64,000 bases of DNA from Dehalococcoidia bacterium (lineage in GTDB: Bacteria; Chloroflexota; Dehalococcoidia; Bin125). Within the stretch, counting starts at the first letter, position 1; each line of letters starts with the position of its first letter. The stretch lies in the NCBI GenBank assembly GCA_965215555.1, contig OZ244071.1:267778-331777 (forward strand), in the 5' to 3' direction. Under the pieces are notes generated by a model. That model was not told where the DNA came from. It did not search any database and was given only the letters and a program-made list of their open reading frames with translations. Below, one piece after another: positions 45,042 to 55,414 of the stretch. The position numbers and the translations under genes were made by a program.

Positions 45042-45143
45042 GGCAGTAGTTTAGCGTTGACGTTCGTCAGATTGACCCTGTCGCGCGTTAGCGCGACACT
45101 ATGCCAAGACACGATAGCCGTAACGGTTGAGGGGTGTGATCCA

Positions 45144-45473
45144 ATGTCCCAGCTTCGACGCTTGCTGCTGGCGCTTGTGGTGATTGGTGGACTGAGTGCG
45201 TTGACACTCGGGGTCGCAGCAGCAGGCGAGTACGCCATCGAAGAGCCGGCGCAAGTAGTTGAGGCGGGCGGCGACGAAGAGGACAGCGTTCACGTTTCGG
45301 ATGAGTCGCTGGCGACTTCGCTGTTCATCCCATTCTGCTTTGTCGGTGCGACGTTGGCGGTGTTCGTCTGGGCAATCCGCGCCCGGGCGAGACGCGAGGA
45401 CGACGAAATCCCGATGCCATGGTGGCGGACACGTCAGTGGTACACACGCGGCACCGAAGAGGACGAGGCGTAA
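45144..45473 (+). CDS. Hypothetical small secreted/membrane protein
   Basis: ATG 45144 with upstream GAGGGG. Signal-like N-terminus 'MSQLRRLLLALVVIGGLSALTLGVAAAG', acidic middle, TM helix, and basic tail. Confidence 0.4.
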   Translation: MSQLRRLLLALVVIGGLSALTLGVAAAGEYAIEEPAQVVEAGGDEEDSVHVSDESLATSLFIPFCFVGATLAVFVWAIRARARREDDEIPMPWWRTRQWYTRGTEEDEA

Positions 45474-45637
45474 CTGGCCTGCTTCTGCCGTTGCGAGGCA
45501 GATGCCGATAGCGGGCAGAGTTCCCCTTAGACACTGGGAATTCGATAGTCACCTCCCATCCTCTGTCACTCCGTGGCATCTCCCCCGCAGGGGGGAGGTG
45601 AGGCACGAACGTGCGGGCTCTAGGGCGTGTTCGCGCT

Positions 45638-45842
45638 AGCCATCTGCTTAACCAGAATTCCGTCGTTGCCGCGCTTGTCGCAGCCTGCCCCTCACTTGAT
45701 GGGGGGGCAATCTCGTCGAGTGTTGCACGGACAGTTGCGGCGAATACAGCGAGATACCCGCGGCAAGCGCGGGTATGACAATCTCTTGTTGGCCCGGGTA
45801 GGACGGGAACTCCTGGACGAACCGCTACGTGTGAACAGGTCC
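45638..45842 (-). repeat. Structured intergenic repeat, copy D (inverted, two internal sub-repeats)
   Basis: Near-identical to the reverse complement of copy A (AGCCATCTGCTTAACCAGAATTCCGTCGTTGCCGCGCTTGTCGCAGCCTGCCCC...). Lies between convergent genes. Confidence 0.8.
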
Positions 45843-45857
45843 TAGCTGCGACCTGCC

Positions 45858-46964
45858 CTAGAACAGCAACTGGCCTAAGCGACGGCGATAATCCGCGACG
45901 ACTGGCTGGTTTTCGCCGAGCATTGCGAAGATTCCCAGGAGGGTCTTGCGCGCGGCTTCGTCGCCGGCGGATTTGTCGATCTTCACCGACTCGAGCAACT
46001 CGTCGAGCGCTTCCATCCACTGACCCTCGATCGCCAGCAGGCAACCGTGCCTGAAGTGGGCGAGCGGATCGCCGGGATTGCTGGAGACGGTTTGCCTGAT
46101 CTCGTCCGGCTCGAACCCTTCGAGGGCCGCCATCAGCTCCATCGATGTGAGGACACTCTTACTCAATGGGTGATTGGGCCAGCGACGAGCGAGCTCGGCT
46201 GCTCGGTCAGTCTCTCCGACCCTCGAGAGGATGGCAGCGAGTCCGACTCCTGCCGGCTCGTGGTTGGGATCTTCTTCCAACGCCGACTCGAAGTGCAATC
46301 GGGCAATCGGAATCTGATTTTCCTGCATCATCCGATAGCCCTCGGCCGCTTTCATGTCTGCTTCGGAGGGAATCAGAGAATCGAAGAAGGTTCGGACCTG
46401 ATCCTCGGGCAATGCGCCGACGAACTTGTTGACCAATTGACCTCCGACGAACGCGAATACTGCCGGAATGCCCTCGACCTGTAGCGCCTGGGCGACCTGC
46501 GGGTTTTCGTCGGTGTTGACCTTGACCAGTTGCACCTGGCCGTCGCGCTCGTATGCGAGCTTCTCCAGGATCGGACCCAGGACTCGGCAGGGCCCACACC
46601 AGGGGGCCCAGCAATCGACGATCACGGGCAGCTCATGGGAGCGCTGCAGCACATCCTGCTGGAATGTCGCATCGGTGGAATCGATGACGGCCGCGACGTG
46701 GCCATGCAACCCCTGTGGCTCGGTGCCGTCAGGCGCTTGCCCTGGCTCAGATCTCTGTGAGGGTGGTGGCGTCTCACGAATCGGGACGGGCGGTGGCGGC
46801 GGTGCGGCTGGCTGCTGCTGAACGCTACGTATTGGTTGTCCCGAGGCCGAGTAGATGACCGGCCCGGAAGGCTGAGGCGGCTGCTGTTGAGGAGGAGGCT
46901 GTGGCGCGCCGCGTTGCACTCGGTCACGGGGGAACGGGATCGGGTCGGGCGGTCGCTGCGTCAT
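45858..46964 (-). CDS. Thioredoxin domain + TPR-like co-chaperone (YbbN/CnoX-like) with Pro/Gln-rich N-terminus
   Basis: 'WAPWCGPCR' thioredoxin motif followed by TPR-like helical repeats. Confidence 0.75.
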   Translation of the reverse strand: MTQRPPDPIPFPRDRVQRGAPQPPPQQQPPQPSGPVIYSASGQPIRSVQQQPAAPPPPPVPIRETPPPSQRSEPGQAPDGTEPQGLHGHVAAVIDSTDATFQQDVLQRSHELPVIVDCWAPWCGPCRVLGPILEKLAYERDGQVQLVKVNTDENPQVAQALQVEGIPAVFAFVGGQLVNKFVGALPEDQVRTFFDSLIPSEADMKAAEGYRMMQENQIPIARLHFESALEEDPNHEPAGVGLAAILSRVGETDRAAELARRWPNHPLSKSVLTSMELMAALEGFEPDEIRQTVSSNPGDPLAHFRHGCLLAIEGQWMEALDELLESVKIDKSAGDEAARKTLLGIFAMLGENQPVVADYRRRLGQLLF

Positions 46965-47025
46965 GCGAGTCTCCGGTGAGCTGACAACTGAGTCTGATCA
47001 GCTGAGTCTGATCAAGTGGGTTGAT

Positions 47026-47226
47026 CTACCAGTTGGTGTAGCGCTTGCGCTTGGGGAAGTTGGCGGATCGATTCTTGGTCGAGTTGTTCTCGAAGATAGC
47101 GGCCATCACGCGATCGGAATCGGCCTCGCACGTCGGGCAGGGTTGCGCTTCCGAGGCTCGAGACATTGGTTGAATTCGCTCGAAATTCTCGCTGCATTGT
47201 TCGCAGCGATAGGTGTAGACGGGCAT
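47026..47226 (-). CDS. FmdB-family zinc-ribbon protein (second copy)
   Basis: 'MPVYTYRCEQCSENFE...CPTCE'. Confidence 0.6.
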   Translation of the reverse strand: MPVYTYRCEQCSENFERIQPMSRASEAQPCPTCEADSDRVMAAIFENNSTKNRSANFPKRKRYTNW

Positions 47227-47294
47227 ATCGTCACTCTCCGGCACGCACAGTGTTGTTGGTCTGTTGGCGCTTGCCTGTTGCAGCGAGTTTATCG

Positions 47295-48167
47295 CTAAGC
47301 GGACATCTCGGAGCGAGCACGCTGAATTGATCGAGCGACGGTCGAGACACTCAACGCCCAGGCGACCTCCTGGACATCGTGGACTCGGACCACGTGTGCT
47401 CCCAGCCAGGCGGCTAACACGTTGAATGCCACCGTCGCCTCCAACATGCCCGGCTTGCCCTGAGCGTCATGCGAGCGGAGCTCGCCGTGTCCTAGCAGCT
47501 CGGCCAGGAAGCCTTTTCGCGACGCCGAAATCAGCACCGGGTGACCGAGCTGGGAGAGATTGGGTAGATCGAGCAGGAGACGAAGATTGTCGTCCAGTCC
47601 GCGGCCAAACTGGAATCCGGGATCGATCCACACGTCGGGCGCGCCCGCTTGCTTGATTTCTTGCGCTCTTCGGTCGAGGAAGACCCGGACTTCTGCGGCG
47701 ACATCGTCGTATTCGTGCTCGACTTCGCGGTGCCGTTGCGGTCGGCCCCGCATGTGCATCACGGCGATTGGCGTCTTTGTCTCGACGGCCACGGCGACGG
47801 TCTCCGGGTCGGCTCCGGTGATGTCGTTGATCAGATGAGCGCCGGCGGCAACGGCCGCTCGGGCCACATCCGCCGTCCAGGTGTCAACCGAAATCAGGTG
47901 ACCCTCACTGACCAGCGATTCGACGACCGGCGTAACACGGGCGATCTCTTCGTCGACGGAGATCTCTGCTGCGCCCGTTCTTGTCGACTGAGCACCGACG
48001 TCGATGATCGAGGCGCCTGCGGTTCTGAGCGCCTCGGCGCGGCGCGGCGCATCTCCGACATCGACGATCGAATCAGCAACGGGGGAGTCGGTGGCGACGT
48101 TGAGGATGGCCATCACGTGGCAGCGGTCGGTGGCGTCGAGCGTTTGGCCGCCCAATTCGATCAGCAT
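47295..48167 (-). CDS. folP: Dihydropteroate synthase
   Basis: 'MAILNVATDSPVADSIVDVG...IIDVGAQSTRTG' and pterin-binding motifs. Confidence 0.8.
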   Translation of the reverse strand: MLIELGGQTLDATDRCHVMAILNVATDSPVADSIVDVGDAPRRAEALRTAGASIIDVGAQSTRTGAAEISVDEEIARVTPVVESLVSEGHLISVDTWTADVARAAVAAGAHLINDITGADPETVAVAVETKTPIAVMHMRGRPQRHREVEHEYDDVAAEVRVFLDRRAQEIKQAGAPDVWIDPGFQFGRGLDDNLRLLLDLPNLSQLGHPVLISASRKGFLAELLGHGELRSHDAQGKPGMLEATVAFNVLAAWLGAHVVRVHDVQEVAWALSVSTVARSIQRARSEMSA

Positions 48168-48177
48168 TGTTGTCGCC

Positions 48178-49611
48178 TTAGCGCCGACGGGTGAGGTAAT
48201 GCGGACTGCGGCCGTAGAAGACCTGTGCCGATTCCATGATCGATTCGTTTAATGTCGGGTGTGCATGAATCGACTCAGCGATATCCGCGACTCGGGCGCC
48301 TAACTCGACTGCCAGCACGCCTTCGCCGATGAGTTCTCCCGCACCGGGTCCCACTACTTGCATGCCCAGCACTCGTTCAGAGCCTTCTTCGATCACCAGC
48401 CGCGTCAGGCCATCGTTGCGGCCCGAGGCGGTTGCACGACCCAGCGCAGCCCAGGGGAAACTCACTGTGGTGGCCTCAATGTCAAGCGCGCTGGCGTCCG
48501 ACTGTGTCAGTCCGCACCAAGCGATCTCGGGGTCGGTGAAGATGACCGCCGGTACGGCGAGCGGGCGGAAGGCTGACGGCTCGCCGAGGATCGCGTCTAC
48601 GGCCACGCTGGCCTCGGCGGTCGCCTTGTGGGCGAGCATCGGATCCCCAGCGACATCGCCGATTGCGAATATGGACGGCTCGGCTGTTCGCCGCTGCTGG
48701 TCTGTGACGATGAATCCGCGATCGTCAATGCGTGCGTTTGTGCGTTCCAGTCCGAGTCCGGCGCTGTTGGGACGTCTGCCTGTAGCGATCAACACTCGCT
48801 CGAAGACCTCGGTGCGTTTGACACCGTCTTGGTCGACAATGACGGCGGCGACACCGTCCTCTACTTCTTCGAGTGAGGCAACTGAAGTGTTCACGTGCGT
48901 GGCCTTCAGTCTGGTGCGCAAGCTGCGTTCGAGGATGCGCACCAGGTCGCGCTCGACACCGCTCAGGATCTCAGGCAGTGCTTCGACCACAGTCACCGCG
49001 GTGCCGAGCTCGGCATAGACGGTTCCCAGCTCCAGACCGATGTAGCCACCGCCGATCACGAGGAGGGACTGTGGAACATCTCGCAGTTCCAGCGCGTCGG
49101 TCGAGTCCATGACGCGGTCTGACTCAACCTGCAGAGATCGAGGGATGGCTGGCGTCGAGCCTGTCGCCACAATCAGTGCGTCGAAGTCCAGCGGCAGGAC
49201 TTCGCCGTTGCGTTCGATGTTGAGTTGGCCTGCGTCACGGATTCGTCCGTAGCCCTGTTGATACTGCACGCTGTGTTGTCGACGAAGGAGTCCCAACCCA
49301 TTCGTCATCTTGCGAACGACGCTGTCCTTCCAGTCGCGGAGCGCATCGACATCGATCGTTGGGTCGCCGAATGTCACTCCCCAATCGGATGCGTGACGAG
49401 CTTCACGGATCAGCTTGGCAACGTGCAGGAAGGCCTTTGACGGGATGCAGCCTTCATAGAGGCAGGCGCCTCCGGGTTGCGCTCTTGCATCCACGAGCGT
49501 GACATCGAGGCCACGCTCGGCGGCGTGGAATGCGGCTGGGTATCCGCCAGGTCCAGCGCCCAGCACCACGAGGCGGAAGTTGTCACCCCCAGTGTTGTCT
49601 GAACTGACCAC
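48178..49611 (-). CDS. lpd: Dihydrolipoyl dehydrogenase (E3)
   Basis: FAD motif 'VVLGAGPGGY', redox-active 'GGACLYEGCIPSK', and the C-terminal dimerisation HAHPT region. Confidence 0.85.
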   Translation of the reverse strand: MVSSDNTGGDNFRLVVLGAGPGGYPAAFHAAERGLDVTLVDARAQPGGACLYEGCIPSKAFLHVAKLIREARHASDWGVTFGDPTIDVDALRDWKDSVVRKMTNGLGLLRRQHSVQYQQGYGRIRDAGQLNIERNGEVLPLDFDALIVATGSTPAIPRSLQVESDRVMDSTDALELRDVPQSLLVIGGGYIGLELGTVYAELGTAVTVVEALPEILSGVERDLVRILERSLRTRLKATHVNTSVASLEEVEDGVAAVIVDQDGVKRTEVFERVLIATGRRPNSAGLGLERTNARIDDRGFIVTDQQRRTAEPSIFAIGDVAGDPMLAHKATAEASVAVDAILGEPSAFRPLAVPAVIFTDPEIAWCGLTQSDASALDIEATTVSFPWAALGRATASGRNDGLTRLVIEEGSERVLGMQVVGPGAGELIGEGVLAVELGARVADIAESIHAHPTLNESIMESAQVFYGRSPHYLTRRR

Positions 49612-49614
49612 GCG

Positions 49615-51018
49615 TCAGCTCCCGAGCGCCAGCACGAGCGGCTGGCGGATGACGTCGGCGATCCAGGTCATGAATCGCGCGCCGTCCGCGCCGTCCATGA
49701 CTCGGTGATCGAACGTGAAGGAAAGCGGCAGGATGCTGCGCGGCTCCCAGTTGTCGATGGCCTCGGACCAGACCGGGCGGCGTTCGGCTCGGCCGATGCC
49801 GAGGATGGCGGTGTTGGGATGGTGAATGATCGGTGTGAAATGGCCCGTACCCATGCCGCCGAGATTGGTCACCGTGAAGCTGCTGCCGCGGAAGTCCTGC
49901 AAGCCGAGATCCCCGGAACGGGCGCGCTCGGAGATGTCGGTCAACTCGACTGAGATCTGGATGATGTTCTTTTCGTCGACATCGCGAATGACCGGGACGA
50001 CGAGTCCGCGTGGCGTGTCGACGGCGACGCCGAGATGTACGTAGTGCTTGAGCACGAGTTCGTCATTCTCGGCGTCGATTGAACTGTTGACGTGTGGATG
50101 CGCCTTGAGCGCTGCGGCGGTGATCTTGAGCAGAATGGCCGTGATGGTGAGACGGCCGCCTTCCTGTTCGGCGCGGTCTCGATAATCTCGTCGGACCTGC
50201 TCGAGTTCTGTGACGTCGGCGGTGTGGAACAACGTGACGTGAGGCACCTCGTGCCAGGAAACGGACATATTGCGCTTGATCGTGCGGCGCAGCCGGCTCA
50301 TTGGCACCCGCTCGACCGTCCCGAACTCGGAGAAATCAGGCAATGGACCAGGAGTGAGCGCGGTATGGCCGAGGCTCGGCGCCTGCACAGGCGTCTCGCG
50401 CGCGTGCCGCTTGATGTCCGCCTGATCGATCCGACCGCCTGGTCCACTGCCTCTCACGCCGCGAATGTCGACACCGATTTCGCGGGCAAAGCGTCTCACA
50501 GAAGGAGATGCGAACACTGGACGCGACTCGAGGTCGCCCTCAACTAGCGGGGCCGGGGCGGCGGGCGAGACGTGCAGGATTGGAGCGGGATGATTTTCCT
50601 CAGCTGACGGCGATGGAGGATCCGGCGAGAGCGGCATGACCTGATCGGAGTCGGTCGCATCGGCTGGCGTCAGTTGAGGCGGCGACGGTGGTGACTCGGT
50701 AGGCGTGGTGGGCGGTGGGCTGGCAGCGGCCTCGTTCGAAGATGCGATTGTCACGGAACCAACGGCAGCGTCGACACTGAGCACCGGGTCTCCTGGTCGG
50801 ATGGTGTCTCCGACTCGCACATGGATCTCAGTGACTGTGCCGGCAACCGAGGAGGGCAGATCCAGCGTGGCCTTCTCCGTCTCGATCTCGACGATCGGCT
50901 GTTCGAGCGCGATCAGATCACCGACGGCTACGTAAATCTGCAGGACATCGGCTTCCTCGATGTCTTCACCGAGATCGGGCAGGAGCGCCAGGCCGGGATT
51001 GGATGTGGTGGTGGTCAT
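49615..51018 (-). CDS. 2-oxo acid dehydrogenase E2 (dihydrolipoamide acyltransferase)
   Basis: Lipoyl domain 'IETEKATLDLPS', Pro/Ala linker, and catalytic 'DHRVMDG'. Confidence 0.8.
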   Translation of the reverse strand: MTTTTSNPGLALLPDLGEDIEEADVLQIYVAVGDLIALEQPIVEIETEKATLDLPSSVAGTVTEIHVRVGDTIRPGDPVLSVDAAVGSVTIASSNEAAASPPPTTPTESPPSPPQLTPADATDSDQVMPLSPDPPSPSAEENHPAPILHVSPAAPAPLVEGDLESRPVFASPSVRRFAREIGVDIRGVRGSGPGGRIDQADIKRHARETPVQAPSLGHTALTPGPLPDFSEFGTVERVPMSRLRRTIKRNMSVSWHEVPHVTLFHTADVTELEQVRRDYRDRAEQEGGRLTITAILLKITAAALKAHPHVNSSIDAENDELVLKHYVHLGVAVDTPRGLVVPVIRDVDEKNIIQISVELTDISERARSGDLGLQDFRGSSFTVTNLGGMGTGHFTPIIHHPNTAILGIGRAERRPVWSEAIDNWEPRSILPLSFTFDHRVMDGADGARFMTWIADVIRQPLVLALGS

Positions 51019-51026
51019 CTGATTTC

Positions 51027-53729
51027 CTATCGCAACATAGGATCAGTGCGGGTCGGGTCGATGCCCAGTTGGTCGCGGGCTTTGAGCACCAGGTCGCCGT
51101 CGATTTCATCTCGGCGGCTGAGAGCGCTGAGCGCCGACCAGGCAACGTGGTTTGCATCGACCTCGAAGAAGTCGCGCAGTGATTCTCTCGTGTCGGACCG
51201 ACCGAATCCATCGGTTCCGAGCGCCGTCATGGAACTTGGCAGCCAGCGTGCCACGAGGTCGGGCAGCGACGAGGTGTAATCGGTCGCCGCAACGATTGGT
51301 GCGTCGCATGATCCGAGTGATGTTTGGAGCCACGACTCACGCGGGTCTTCGAATGGATGCAGCCGATTCCAGCGATCAATCTGTAGCGCTTCGCGCCGAA
51401 GCTCGGTGTAGGAAGTCACAGACCAGACATCGGCGCGGACATCGTAGTCATCGCGGAGGATCTGTTGCGCTCGGCGAACTTCATTGAGGATGGGCCCGCT
51501 GCCGAAGAGTCGCACCTGCGGCGCCTCGCACGGAGACAGCGGGTAGATGCCGCGCAGGATTCCCTCTCGCACGATCTCCGATTCTGGCATCGGTGGCTGG
51601 ACGTAGGACTCGTTCTCGACCGTGACGTAGTAGAAGATGCTCTCGTCCTCGTCGTGCATGCGGCGGATGCCCTCTTGCACGATGACGGCGATTTCGTAGG
51701 CATATGCAGGGTCGTAGGAGACGAGGTTCGGGATCGTCGAAGCGAGGATGTGGCTGTGTCCGTCTTGGTGTTGCAGACCCTCGCCGTTGAGCGTGGTCCG
51801 GCCGGCGGTTGCGCCGATCAGGAAGCCTCTAGCCCTGGCGTCGCCCGCGGCAAAGGCGAGGTCGCCGACTCGTTGGAGTCCGAACATCGAATAGAAGATG
51901 AAGAACGGGATCATCGGCACATCGAGCGACGAATAGGCCATGCCGCTGGCGATAAACGATGACATCGCGCCGGCCTCGGTGATGCCTTCCTCGAGAATCT
52001 GGCCGTCGCGCGATTCCTTGTAGTAGAGCAAGCGATCGGAGTCGACTGGCTCGTAGAGCTGGCCGGTGGAGGCGTAGATGCCGAACTCGCGGAACATGCC
52101 TTCCATGCCGAACGTGCGCGACTCGTCGGGAACGATGGGCACGATGTGCTGGCCCAGTTCGCGGTCACGCATCAGTCGGCTGAGCATCCGCACGAAACCC
52201 ATGGTGGTCGATGCTTCGCGGTCGCCTGTGCCCTCGTGGAACTCGGAGAATGTCTCGTCGGGTGGCGACGTGAGGTGCGATTTGGGCGAACGGCGTTCAG
52301 GGACATGCCCGCCGAGCGCTGCTTTGCGTGTCGAGATGTAGTTGGCTTCGCGGCTATCTCGCGACGGGCGATAGAGCGGTGCTCCGACTACTTCGTCGTC
52401 CGACAACGGAATGGCGAACCGGTCGCGGAACTGCATCAGCTCGCGCTCATTGAGCTCTTTCTGCTGGTGCGTAATGTTGCGGCCTTCGCCAGCTTCACCG
52501 AGTCCATAGCCCTTGATCGTCCGGGCGAGGATAACGGTCGGTGCGCCGCGGTGATTGGTGGCCGCGTCGTAGGCGGCGTGCACTTTGAGCGGGTCGTGGC
52601 CGCCGAGGCGCATTCGCCACAGTTCGTCGTCGGAGATGTCGTCCACCATTCGCAGCAGTCGAGGGTCCACGCCCCAGAAGTGCTTGCGGATGTAGCTGCC
52701 GCCCGCGACGGTGTACTTCTGGTATTCGCCGTCGACCACTTCGCCCATGCGCTGAATGAGCAGTCCGTGCTCGTCGCGCGCGAGCAGTTGATCCCACTCG
52801 GAACCCCAAACGACCTTGATCACGTTCCAGCCGACGCCGCGGAATACGGCTTCCAGTTCCTGAATGATCTGTCCGTTGCCTCGCACAGGTCCGTCGAGTC
52901 GCTGCAGGTTGCAGTTGACGACGAAAATGAGATTGTCGAGCTCTTCCCGCGAAGCAAGCGCAATTGAGCCAAGGGACTCCGGCTCATCGGTCTCGCCGTC
53001 GCCGAGGAAGCACCAGACCTTGCGGTCGGTCACTGGCAGGAGATCCCGATTCTCGAGATAGCGAATGAAGCGAGCCTGGTAGATGGCCTGCAGCGGTCCG
53101 AGGCCCATCGAGACCGTGGGGAACTGCCAGTAGTCGTCCATCAACCACGGGTGCGGATATGAGGGCAAGCCACCGGAGAGTTCCTGGCGGAACTTGTGCA
53201 GTTGCTCGGGCGCCAGCCGGCCCTCGACATAACCACGGGCGTAGATGCCCGGGGCGGAATGACCCTGGAAGTAGATCAGGTCGCCACCGGAGGGATGATC
53301 CTGGCCACGGAAAAAGTGATTGAAGCCGACTTCGTACAGAGTCGCGGCCGACGCGTAGGTCGAGATATGACCGCCGATGCCGTGGTTGTTCTGATTCGCC
53401 TCGACGACCATCGCCATCGCATTCCAGCGAATGATCGACTTGATCCGCCGCTCGATGTTGAGATCACCCGGATAGGGCGGCTGTTTCTCGATCGGTATCG
53501 AGTTGACGTACGGCGTCTGCGAGGTGACCGGCAGACGTATGCCTGAGCGTTGCGCTTCGATCTGAAGTGTTTGCAACAAGCGAGACACTCGCTCGGGTCC
53601 GCGACGTCTCGCGACATCACGGAGCGAGTCGATCCAGTCGTTGGTTTCCAACCAATCGTCGGCCCCGGCGGTGTCTCGCACCCGTTCAAGCGCAGTTTGC
53701 CAGGGAGATTCGGAGGTGGTCATCGTCAT
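51027..53729 (-). CDS. aceE: Pyruvate dehydrogenase E1 component (homodimeric AceE type)
   Basis: 900 aa. Thiamine-pyrophosphate (TPP) binding motif 'GDGETDEPES'. Confidence 0.85.
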   Translation of the reverse strand: MTMTTSESPWQTALERVRDTAGADDWLETNDWIDSLRDVARRRGPERVSRLLQTLQIEAQRSGIRLPVTSQTPYVNSIPIEKQPPYPGDLNIERRIKSIIRWNAMAMVVEANQNNHGIGGHISTYASAATLYEVGFNHFFRGQDHPSGGDLIYFQGHSAPGIYARGYVEGRLAPEQLHKFRQELSGGLPSYPHPWLMDDYWQFPTVSMGLGPLQAIYQARFIRYLENRDLLPVTDRKVWCFLGDGETDEPESLGSIALASREELDNLIFVVNCNLQRLDGPVRGNGQIIQELEAVFRGVGWNVIKVVWGSEWDQLLARDEHGLLIQRMGEVVDGEYQKYTVAGGSYIRKHFWGVDPRLLRMVDDISDDELWRMRLGGHDPLKVHAAYDAATNHRGAPTVILARTIKGYGLGEAGEGRNITHQQKELNERELMQFRDRFAIPLSDDEVVGAPLYRPSRDSREANYISTRKAALGGHVPERRSPKSHLTSPPDETFSEFHEGTGDREASTTMGFVRMLSRLMRDRELGQHIVPIVPDESRTFGMEGMFREFGIYASTGQLYEPVDSDRLLYYKESRDGQILEEGITEAGAMSSFIASGMAYSSLDVPMIPFFIFYSMFGLQRVGDLAFAAGDARARGFLIGATAGRTTLNGEGLQHQDGHSHILASTIPNLVSYDPAYAYEIAVIVQEGIRRMHDEDESIFYYVTVENESYVQPPMPESEIVREGILRGIYPLSPCEAPQVRLFGSGPILNEVRRAQQILRDDYDVRADVWSVTSYTELRREALQIDRWNRLHPFEDPRESWLQTSLGSCDAPIVAATDYTSSLPDLVARWLPSSMTALGTDGFGRSDTRESLRDFFEVDANHVAWSALSALSRRDEIDGDLVLKARDQLGIDPTRTDPMLR

Positions 53730-53816
53730 CTCAGTCTACTCAACCTGACACACTGCTCCGGTCGCGCAGGTAAACGATAGATAGAGTTAAACAGGCAGGA
53801 ATGCTGGCGGAACGGC

Positions 53817-54527
53817 ATGTCGATATCGGCGGTGGATGTGACCCAGAGGGAAACAGTCCGAGGCCTGGAGCGGTCTCAGATCGTGCAGTCGTCGCACAGC
53901 GGGACAGTGCCATACGAGCAGGCTGCTGCCTGGCAGGCGAACCGCGCACAGGCCGTTGCCTCGGGATCGAAGCCGGAAATCATCGTGTTCCTGGAACACA
54001 CTCCGGTCTACACACAGGGGCGACGCGGTGGTCGAGAGCATGTGTTGCGCGCGCTGGACGCGCCGATCATCGACACCGACCGTGGCGGTGATGTTACGTT
54101 TCACGGTCCTGGACAGTTGGTGCTCTGGCCGCTCTTGCGTCTGCGTGAACGGGGGATGGGGATTGCCCGTTACATCCGCGGCCTCGAAGAATCGGTGATT
54201 CAGGCGACCCGAGCCTTCGGCATTGAGGCCGAACGCGTCAAGGGACGCCCAGGCGTATGGATCGGCAATCGCAAATTGGCGAGTGTCGGCGTTCGGGTGC
54301 AATCGGGAGTCAGCAGGCATGGCCTGGCTCTCAACTGCGATGTCGAACTGAGCTGGTTTGACGACATCCGCGCCTGCGGGATCGCTGAGAGCAGGGCTAC
54401 GTCACTTTCCAATGAAACCGGCAAGCAGATTGGCGTTGACGACGCCAGCCCGGAACTTGAGCGCTGTATCGGCGATGTGTTCGGACTGCGATTGTCGCCG
54501 GTTTCGGACCTTAGGATGCTCAGATGA
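53817..54527 (+). CDS. lipB: Lipoyl(octanoyl) transferase
   Basis: 'EHTPVYTQGRRG' and BPL/LPL catalytic domain features. Confidence 0.8.
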   Translation: MSISAVDVTQRETVRGLERSQIVQSSHSGTVPYEQAAAWQANRAQAVASGSKPEIIVFLEHTPVYTQGRRGGREHVLRALDAPIIDTDRGGDVTFHGPGQLVLWPLLRLRERGMGIARYIRGLEESVIQATRAFGIEAERVKGRPGVWIGNRKLASVGVRVQSGVSRHGLALNCDVELSWFDDIRACGIAESRATSLSNETGKQIGVDDASPELERCIGDVFGLRLSPVSDLRMLR

Positions 54528-55414
54528 GCAGCCTGCGAAAGCGAAAACCACCCTGGATCCGGGCGCAGTTTCCCGGAGGCGCACGCTATGGCGAGATCGT
54601 CCAACTGCTGCGTGAGGAGACGTTGAACACCGTTTGCCAGGAGGCGCGCTGCCCGAACATCGGCGAGTGTTTCAATCGGGGCACGGCGACGTTCATGATC
54701 CTGGGCGACACATGCACTCGCGCCTGCGGGTTCTGCGCCGTGACCTCAGGGCGTCCGTCGCCGATTGACTGGACGGAGCCGCAACGCCTGGCAGAGGCGG
54801 TGGAACGACTGAATCTGGCCTACGTCGTGATTACATCGGTGAACCGAGACGACGCTCCAGATGGCGGAGCACAGATCTTTGCTTCGTGCATCGAGCTGAT
54901 TCGGCGGCAACGGCCCGAGACCGAGGTCGAGGTGCTGATTCCAGACTTTGAAGGCAACTGGGATGCGCTGACGAGGGTGCTATCTGCTCGCCCGACAGTC
55001 TTGAATCACAATGTCGAGACCGTGCGACGGCTGTATTCGCGAGTGCGGTTCCAGGCTCGCTATGAGCGGTCGCTGGAACTATTGAAGCGCGCGTCTGAAT
55101 GGACCCCACACGTCCCAACCAAGACCGGATTCATGTTGGGGCTGGGTGAAGAGCGCGGCGAGGTTTCAGAGCTCCTGGAAGACCTGCGAGCCGCCCAAGT
55201 CGAGCTGCTGACCATTGGTCAATACCTGAGACCATCGGCGAAACACTTGCCGGTCGTCAGATATGTGCCGCCTGAGGAGTTTGCATCGATCAAAGCAGAG
55301 GCGCTCGAACTTGGCTTCCGACACGTGGAGTCAGGGCCCATGGTGCGGAGCTCGTATCACGCCGACGAGCAAGCGCGAGCCGCCCGACTGGTCGACGTGC
55401 CGCTTCACCGCTAG
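54524..55414 (+). CDS. lipA: Lipoyl synthase (radical SAM)
   Basis: 'CEEARCPNIGEC' and 'CTRACGFCAV'. Confidence 0.85.
   Translation: MSSLRKRKPPWIRAQFPGGARYGEIVQLLREETLNTVCQEARCPNIGECFNRGTATFMILGDTCTRACGFCAVTSGRPSPIDWTEPQRLAEAVERLNLAYVVITSVNRDDAPDGGAQIFASCIELIRRQRPETEVEVLIPDFEGNWDALTRVLSARPTVLNHNVETVRRLYSRVRFQARYERSLELLKRASEWTPHVPTKTGFMLGLGEERGEVSELLEDLRAAQVELLTIGQYLRPSAKHLPVVRYVPPEEFASIKAEALELGFRHVESGPMVRSSYHADEQARAARLVDVPLHR

Noticed and set aside
43767-45143. N-terminal ~460 aa of the 568-aa plus-strand ORF
   Set aside because: It is antisense to the Trx-X3 gene. Only the in-frame C-terminal 109 aa (45144..45473) look like a real small protein.
45325-46044. 239-aa minus-strand ORF
   Set aside because: It spans repeat copy D and the upstream hairpin, with no coding signal. 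It overlaps the real thioredoxin-TPR gene only by frame coincidence.
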